DNA of 64,000 nt from Candidatus Bathyarchaeia archaeon. Its GTDB lineage: Archaea > Thermoproteota > Bathyarchaeia > Bathyarchaeales > Bathycorpusculaceae. The translations under genes were made by a program, and so were the position numbers. The stretch spans positions 57,532 to 121,531 of the forward strand of contig JAVZLQ010000002.1 of NCBI GenBank assembly GCA_038883655.1. The letters run 5' to 3'. The notes beneath the pieces are model-generated. The model saw only the letters and a list, made by a program, of their open reading frames with translations, did no database searches and was not told the origin of the DNA. Shown here piece after piece: positions 58,289 to 64,000 of the stretch (positions are counted from its first letter, which is position 1; each line of letters starts with the position of its first letter).

Positions 58289-58765
58289 TCATGGTTCTAA
58301 CTTGGTTTCCAGTTGTTGTTGTCTCTTCTTCATTTCGTTATAGAGGTATTCGAACCACTCTGCATATTGCGGATAATTAAGTTCTTTTCTGGCATCTTCA
58401 ATAAAGGGTTTGCAAGCTTCCCAGTATCTTATTATCATGCCGCTGAAAAGGTCATCAACCAAACCTATGTCAATGAGTCTTCTGTGCAAGAGAACACCAA
58501 GCCCTTCAAAGAACAAGCCTGACTCTGGTGCTATAGCACCATATTTTTTGGCTAATTCGGAAAAAGAGGCTCCAGTTTGGAAGTCATCCATGATTTGCTG
58601 CATCTCCTGCTGAAATTCCTTTTTTGCGAATATGGCGTATAACCCCATAACTAGGTCGGTGTCTCTGCTTCTTTTTTGATGCCTAACCTGGAAAACATAG
58701 TAAATGGCAGCAACTATGACGCTTGTGGAAGCAACAACCACAGAAACTGTCTGTATGTCAACCAC
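58289..58765 (-). CDS. DUF4760-like membrane-anchored hypothetical protein
   Basis: N-terminal TM, FFEGLGVL, W and FEYLYNEM. Confidence 0.7.
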   Translation of the reverse strand: MVDIQTVSVVVASTSVIVAAIYYVFQVRHQKRSRDTDLVMGLYAIFAKKEFQQEMQQIMDDFQTGASFSELAKKYGAIAPESGLFFEGLGVLLHRRLIDIGLVDDLFSGMIIRYWEACKPFIEDARKELNYPQYAEWFEYLYNEMKKRQQQLETKLEP

Positions 58766-58841
58766 TCTTTAACACCAACATAGAATAAACAAGGATAGTT
58801 TTAAAGTTAACCATGTTTGCCAGCTGTTCGATTTCTGCCTG

Positions 58842-59891
58842 CTATAAGTTGACACTCTCAAATTCCTTAACTATACTTACGAGTTTCGGAACATCAAACA
58901 TTTTTCTTCCCGTCATCTCGTTTGCCGCCGCCATGTACAATTGGCTTATGAAAGTTTTCAACTTTGGCTCTAGCCTTGGCGGTTTCGTTTTGACAAGGCT
59001 CTTCCAATCTTCTATGCCCTGTTCTTTCGCTTTTTTCTTCGCTTCTTCCACTTCACCAGCCCATTCCGTTCGCCTATAATAAATGCGGGCTATTTCTTTG
59101 CTCACGTGCAGTCCATTGTAGGTAAACCTACACTCGTCCAAAGTGCCGACAACATCAACAACCATAAGCCTCCGCTGAGGATTAAAAGCCAACTCAATCT
59201 TTCCATCCTCATTCACTAAGCCCGCTTTAGAGGCTATTTCCGTAATGGTCTCGTTCACAAGCAAGAGAATGCTTTTGATTTCTTCAAGTTCTTTTTCAGT
59301 TAAGCCCGCGATTTGCTGCGCTTCCTTCCAACTTACGTAGCGGTCGCTCTGCTCCAGCTTTGTGCTAACGTCAAAAATTGGTTTAGCAAGCCTCTCGCCA
59401 GCCCGTGGATAATGGTCTAAGCCAAGCTCCTCAAGCGTCACTAAGCCTTGCTCAAGCCTTTTAAAAACGGATGAGCCTTCTGGCAAGCCGTTGCGATAGA
59501 TTATTTCAAGCGGAATCAGGTAGTTCCTAAGCGCTGGCGTAAAAACACTATAGTCGTACCTTAGTTTGCCATTTTCTACGTAGGCTTTTGGCTTGTAAAC
59601 GTTGACTAGGTTGAACTCCATAACGTTTGTTGGCTCTTTTAACTCGTCGAAACGCAGAACCCTTCCGCCTTTGTCCACTAAACCACGATAATGCGTTCTG
59701 ATGCCTTTCTCCTCAAGCCTTTCAAAGCAATAAGCGCCCATAAGGCAAAGCGCCGCGCCCTTTCCTTCAATGTAGTCTGGCATTTCTCCCCAATCAAAAA
59801 CAGAATAACGATCGGAAAAATGGAAACGTCCAACACCCATCTTCTCTTTTGTTGGTTTTTTAATAATTTCTAAATCTTTTACGCTTCCCAT
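58842..59891 (-). CDS. purC: SAICAR synthetase
   Basis: MGSVKD, FSDRYSVFDWG, STK, DGKIE and GTLDECRF. Confidence 0.93.
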   Translation of the reverse strand: MGSVKDLEIIKKPTKEKMGVGRFHFSDRYSVFDWGEMPDYIEGKGAALCLMGAYCFERLEEKGIRTHYRGLVDKGGRVLRFDELKEPTNVMEFNLVNVYKPKAYVENGKLRYDYSVFTPALRNYLIPLEIIYRNGLPEGSSVFKRLEQGLVTLEELGLDHYPRAGERLAKPIFDVSTKLEQSDRYVSWKEAQQIAGLTEKELEEIKSILLLVNETITEIASKAGLVNEDGKIELAFNPQRRLMVVDVVGTLDECRFTYNGLHVSKEIARIYYRRTEWAGEVEEAKKKAKEQGIEDWKSLVKTKPPRLEPKLKTFISQLYMAAANEMTGRKMFDVPKLVSIVKEFESVNL

Positions 59892-59902
59892 ACACGCGCA
59901 CA

Positions 59903-60388
59903 CTATTTCAGTTTTTTAACAGACTCGTCAGCCTTCTCAATTTCCCGCTTCTTCCGTTGCTGGTAATCCCTCACACGCTTTGCCAAATCTTCATCTTCTA
60001 AAGCAAAAATTTTTGCCACAGCGATGGCTGCACCTTCCGGCTCGATGGTCACAACGGAGCCTATGCCGCTTGGAACTCTAAGCGAAGAGTAAATGTCTGC
60101 TCCGCCAAACTTTTCGCTGTAAGGTGGACATGCAATGACGGGTTTCGCTGTGTTTGCGTCAACAAAAGCGCTCAGTGCATTTGATCTTCCCGCAACAGTT
60201 ATGTAAACAACATTTTCGCTTTCATATTCGCGTAGTATTTCCAAAACTTTTTCAGGCGTTTTATGTGCAGAGGCAACCCTAAACTCGTACGTTAAGCTAA
60301 AAGCCTTTAAGTGGTTGGCTATTTCTCGGCAGAAATCAGAATCCTTCTCTGAACCCATTAGGATGACAACTTTGCCCTTCGCTGCCAT
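59903..60388 (-). CDS. purE: AIR carboxylase / N5-CAIR mutase
   Basis: MGSEKD, SAHKTP, AGRSNAL, PVIACPP and SSLRVPSG. Confidence 0.94.
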   Translation of the reverse strand: MAAKGKVVILMGSEKDSDFCREIANHLKAFSLTYEFRVASAHKTPEKVLEILREYESENVVYITVAGRSNALSAFVDANTAKPVIACPPYSEKFGGADIYSSLRVPSGIGSVVTIEPEGAAIAVAKIFALEDEDLAKRVRDYQQRKKREIEKADESVKKLK

Positions 60389-60468
60389 GCACACCAGCAT
60401 CCATGCAACTAGAAGGCTTAATCAACTAATAAATTTTTAAGCAAGAGAAAAGCCTCTAAAATTTTGAG

Positions 60469-60789
60469 GTGAAAAGGGCGATGGTGTTCCAGAAAAAACG
60501 CAGAAAAAGCATAATAGACACGCTTTTTGGAACATCAATTTTCGAAGATTTCCCAGAAGGGCTTGAAGGCGGGTACTCAATAAGTGTCGTGCAAACGCCA
60601 GAAGGCACAAAGGTCAAAGCCAAAGTTGGAAAGGATGTTGACGTGAACGCGATCAGGAGGCAACTTCAGAGGGAATATCCAAATGCGCAGATAGAGATAG
60701 AGGGTGGCAAAACCGAACCACTCATAAGGGAGATTTCAACTAAGACTTTGAGAAAGGAAAATGAGAAGAACACGAAGAATGACACTTAA
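60469..60789 (+). CDS. hypothetical protein
   Basis: About 100-aa ORF with GAGGTG SD upstream of the ATG at 60481. Confidence 0.7.
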   Translation: MKRAMVFQKKRRKSIIDTLFGTSIFEDFPEGLEGGYSISVVQTPEGTKVKAKVGKDVDVNAIRRQLQREYPNAQIEIEGGKTEPLIREISTKTLRKENEKNTKNDT

Positions 60790-60883
60790 CATTTTTCTAT
60801 AAGTTTTCTCGAGAAAAATGTTTCATTAAAGTTTTAAATTCAACAGCCATAAACTACTATCAAACGCTAATGGAGAGAAAGCA

Positions 60884-61114
60884 ATGCAAAAGACTAGACA
60901 CTACATAATAGACTTAACCACCATAGAAGGAAAGGGCGAATTTAAATGCCCAAAATGTGGAATCACAATCTCGCCAGACGATACAACGGAGGAAAACTAC
61001 ACAATAATAGAGCCAATAGTGAAGGACGAAAATCTAGAAAAGATAATAATACAATGTAATAAATGCAAAAGCCAAATCCACCTAACGGGATTCCAAGCCA
61101 TCAACAAAATGTAG
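60884..61114 (+). CDS. small Zn-ribbon protein
   Basis: CPKC...CNKC. Confidence 0.75.
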   Translation: MQKTRHYIIDLTTIEGKGEFKCPKCGITISPDDTTEENYTIIEPIVKDENLEKIIIQCNKCKSQIHLTGFQAINKM

Positions 61115-61123
61115 AGCCATTTA

Positions 61124-62806
61124 TCATTTATAATTTGAAATAATTCTTATTGGATGCCTTCTTGCGTCAACAATCCAATATTCTACCCCATACCAAGTGA
61201 AGTACGGGCCTTCCATCAAAATATAAAAATGCGTCGTGGGAGAAATGCGCAACAGACTAAGCGCTGCTACTTTAAGATGATTTTCTAAGTCGTCTACTTC
61301 CACCCAGTTTAACGTTGATGTTGATGTTGAATTGTCATATGACGTGTGAATCCAGCCGGGCGAACCCATATTCCATAAATCACGGTAAAAAAGCGGATAT
61401 GAAACAATTAGTGCGCTTGGTTTTACAGCCGTCACATCTGAAATGTTCGCCTCAAGCTGCCAACACCAATAATAAAACCAATCAGCCCACGATGGATTCC
61501 GGAATGTCTCCTGATCGGATCCGCCTGGTGATTCAAATGCTATGGGTATTCCCAAGTCATGAGCAGCATTTACTATGGCTTCATCTAGATCAAATCCATC
61601 TATAGCTTCAGTTTCCGTAACACGAAGCTCATCGCTTCCTATGCAATCAAGATTGATAACAGCCACTATATTGGGCATTTCATTCTTATGCCTCATTAAA
61701 TAATTTATCGAACCAACAAGTCCAAGTTCCTCACTGGCAAAAGCTACAAAAAGAAGCGTGTATTTTGGTTTATAGATGCCTTCAACAACAGCTTCGGCAA
61801 AAACTCTTGCAAGTTCTATAATTCCAGCTGTTCCAGCGCCGTTATCACAGAAGCCAGCGCACATAACGGTGTCGTAGTGCGCCGAGATTATTACAAATTT
61901 GTTTGGGTTTTCGTAGCCCTCAATTTTTCCAACAACATTATAATGTTGACCAAAATCTATAACCGAATTTAAGAGAACATGGGCAGAAACATTCACGGTG
62001 TCCTCTAAATTTCTAATTTCCATGCCGTCTCCATAATTTACGGCGCCAACTGGAATTTGATTATTCCAATAGTATGGTCCAAATCCGCTTAGTGGACGCC
62101 CACCAGCCGATGAGAACATTATTGGAGTAAATGACATCCAATCATACCACCAAGTGTACACGATGGCCGCCGGCGTTTGCTCTGTTATTTTTTCTATGAA
62201 CGTTTGCTCCCAACTGCCGGACCAGCGAACTTCCATGCCTATTAAAACAACCTTACCAGTTGTATTAATGGCGTTCCACTCTGTTTCATTAATTGGACGG
62301 ACACCTATCTCGTATATGTTTTCTGCTTTAGGCAGCGGCAAAATTACAAGGTCCGCAAAGACTCCCCCGCTTTGGGTTGGCCAGCTTAGGTGCGTTGACT
62401 GGAATGAATCAATCAAAATTTGGTCATTTGTTGTGTCCATGTTTCCATCAACATCGATTATTAATGTTGGTTTATCTAAAGGATTCCATGTTGTAAATTC
62501 GAAACTTTCCAGCCAAGCATCAAGCCCGAAACTTTCAAATCGCGATTTTATCCAATAAGCTGCCTCATCTGCGCCCAGTGAACCGCCAGACCTAAAAGCG
62601 TAATGCCCAAAAGCAATGTTTTCCAATTCTAGGTCAAAATCATACGCTCTTGAACCATTAACAGAGCTAACAATTTGTTGTTCAACGTTTTGAAGTCCGC
62701 TAATACTACCTGCGCTTGTAACAATCTCCAGCGAAGGAAGCGCAACAATTCCGCAAACTAAGATGATGAAAACTGAAATTGAAATAAAGGCATGTGCTCG
62801 AAACCT
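61124..62806 (-). CDS. secreted M28 peptidase, paralog of 19215-20843; start anomalous
   Basis: SAHYD, DNGAG, SEE and HTSYD. The frame stays open 60 codons upstream of the called TTG and includes a signal peptide. Confidence 0.85.
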   Translation of the reverse strand, partial: RFRAHAFISISVFIILVCGIVALPSLEIVTSAGSISGLQNVEQQIVSSVNGSRAYDFDLELENIAFGHYAFRSGGSLGADEAAYWIKSRFESFGLDAWLESFEFTTWNPLDKPTLIIDVDGNMDTTNDQILIDSFQSTHLSWPTQSGGVFADLVILPLPKAENIYEIGVRPINETEWNAINTTGKVVLIGMEVRWSGSWEQTFIEKITEQTPAAIVYTWWYDWMSFTPIMFSSAGGRPLSGFGPYYWNNQIPVGAVNYGDGMEIRNLEDTVNVSAHVLLNSVIDFGQHYNVVGKIEGYENPNKFVIISAHYDTVMCAGFCDNGAGTAGIIELARVFAEAVVEGIYKPKYTLLFVAFASEELGLVGSINYLMRHKNEMPNIVAVINLDCIGSDELRVTETEAIDGFDLDEAIVNAAHDLGIPIAFESPGGSDQETFRNPSWADWFYYWCWQLEANISDVTAVKPSALIVSYPLFYRDLWNMGSPGWIHTSYDNSTSTSTLNWVEVDDLENHLKVAALSLLRISPTTHFYILMEGPYFTWYGVEYWIVDARRHPIRIISNYK

Positions 62807-62939
62807 TCACACCCGAAAAGTTATGTAAAAATTAGTAAGATAAAGTTTTGCGTTGCGCCAGTTACTTAAATATATCTGCGATATGAACGCGTCAAACTCC
62901 TCCGTAAACATAAATAACTAGGGTAACTGTCCAATATAT

Positions 62940-63040
62940 GGGGTAGTCGTCTAGCTTGGTCAAGGATACCAGCCTGGGGGACGCATCTCGCGCGTCCAGA
63001 ACGCTGGCGGTCCTGGGTTCAAATCCCAGCTACCCCACCA
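62940..63040 (+). tRNA. tRNA-Pro(GGG) with 22-nt intron at 37/38 (62980-63001), encoded CCA
   Basis: GGGGTAGTCGTCTAGCTTGGTCAAGGATACCAGCCTGGGG|gacgcatctcgcgcgtccagaa|CGCTGGCGGTCCTGGGTTCAAATCCCAGCTACCCCACCA; strict BHB (CUGG/CCAG, ACGC/GCGU). Confidence 0.95.
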
Positions 63041-64000
63041 CGAAACCCAGCATCCCCATTCTTGTATCAGCCTACTTGCGTTTTCTGAACACTTTGAGGC
63101 CTTCGTAGTCGCATACATATTCAAACCCTGCCTCAACCAGCTCCTTAACTTCGTCGATGCTTTTTGCAACTTTGCATGTGAAATCGTCTTCTCCGAAATT
63201 GACGAGTTGCGTGTAAGTCATCGTGCTTAGTATGCTTCTGTGACCAAGGAGCTCCTTAACGTAAAGTAGGTCCTTTGTTCTATGATACTCTGTTGTTGCT
63301 TTCCAATGCCTAAATGTGTGAAAGGTTATTTGGTTAACCCGTGGATTTCCAAGTTTTGAAGCTGCTTTTGCTCGGTTTCTCACAAAGGCCCTTGCAAAGT
63401 GCCTTAACGACCCCGGAAAAGGTTTGTCGCACGCGCCCCAGCTTGGAAGCCCTTTAAGCATTGCGATCACTTTCTCCGATATCTTAAGTTGTCTTGGTTT
63501 TCCTCCCTTTTCAGGGGGTACCCTCACAACGCATTGAGTAAAGTCAAAGTCTGTCCACTTGAGGCGCCATGCCTCACCGGAACGCATACCCGTCTCCATC
63601 AAAAGTTGAAGGAAGGCTGCAACTTTTTTGTTGCACGCGGCAATTAGCTGATCTAGCTCCTCTTTAGTTGGGATAAATGGTAGCTTCTCAACTTTCATAA
63701 ACCTTGGAGGTGACCATGTTTTGCCTAGCATCTTTAGAAGGCAGCTGTAGGCTTCAACCGCTAATTCTTTTGTTTTTGGGTTCCATGAATCTTGCATAGC
63801 AATAGTGTCTTTGACCGACTCTGGATCAAGAATGTTCGCACCTCTTCTTGTTAAGGTTTTTAGAAGACGGACTCGTCTGGTTATGGTATTGTCAGCATAA
63901 CCTTCTCTTTTCATCCACCATGCAAATTCGACAAGTTTGCCCTTAATTTCTGCCTCTCGTTGCGATGTTTGGTTCTGGTCTGTTGTTGTGGCTCCCGCAG
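63041..64000. mobile_element. left end of a putative tRNA-Pro-integrated element
   Basis: The integrase stop lies 31 bp from the tRNA 3' end in convergent orientation. Confidence 0.6.
63072..64000 (-). CDS. tyrosine recombinase/integrase (5' end beyond the window)
   Basis: TGMR, K, HTFRH, LGH and Y catalytic set; the frame is open to position 64000. Confidence 0.93.
   Translation of the reverse strand, partial: AGATTTDQNQTSQREAEIKGKLVEFAWWMKREGYADNTITRRVRLLKTLTRRGANILDPESVKDTIAMQDSWNPKTKELAVEAYSCLLKMLGKTWSPPRFMKVEKLPFIPTKEELDQLIAACNKKVAAFLQLLMETGMRSGEAWRLKWTDFDFTQCVVRVPPEKGGKPRQLKISEKVIAMLKGLPSWGACDKPFPGSLRHFARAFVRNRAKAASKLGNPRVNQITFHTFRHWKATTEYHRTKDLLYVKELLGHRSILSTMTYTQLVNFGEDDFTCKVAKSIDEVKELVEAGFEYVCDYEGLKVFRKRK

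Noticed and set aside
771-62558. Many 60-170 aa ORFs antisense to or nested in confident genes
   Set aside because: Shadow ORFs with no recognisable motifs.
62960-63169. 69-aa ORF
   Set aside because: Antisense to tRNA-Pro and overlapping the integrase.

Overview
Archaeal chromosomal window, most likely Bathyarchaeia (TACK/Thermoproteota). The assignment is inferred from the gene set: type IB topoisomerase, bacterial-type Mtd plus Ftr, Nop5/fibrillarin, aRF1, an EF-2 paralog, NosD and M28 surface proteins with PEF-type tails, and intron-containing tRNAs. Most genes are housekeeping (rtcB, archease, adk, ileS, metG, pyrDK, purPCE, trm1, rnhB, mtaB, cdrS-ftsZ). There are five tRNAs, four with introns; the tRNA-Gly intron is at the non-canonical 29/30 position. 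An accessory segment (about 40.4-53.3 kb) holds beta-helix surface proteins, MscL, a deletion scar joining a broken ABC-ATPase/GNAT gene to an unannotated ribbon-helix-helix ORF, and a four-gene signalling operon (two stand-alone NitrOD5/DUF3227-like proteins, a 3xPAS-plus/3xGAF histidine kinase, and a receiver-only regulator). Other candidates are a diphthamide-less EF-2 paralog head-to-head with an atypical protein kinase, a winged-helix/VIT1 fusion, a 16-aa basic micro-ORF, and two genes whose conserved N-termini lack an in-frame start. A tyrosine integrase converging on tRNA-Pro marks the edge of an integrated element at the right end. All family calls come from motif recognition by eye, not database searches.
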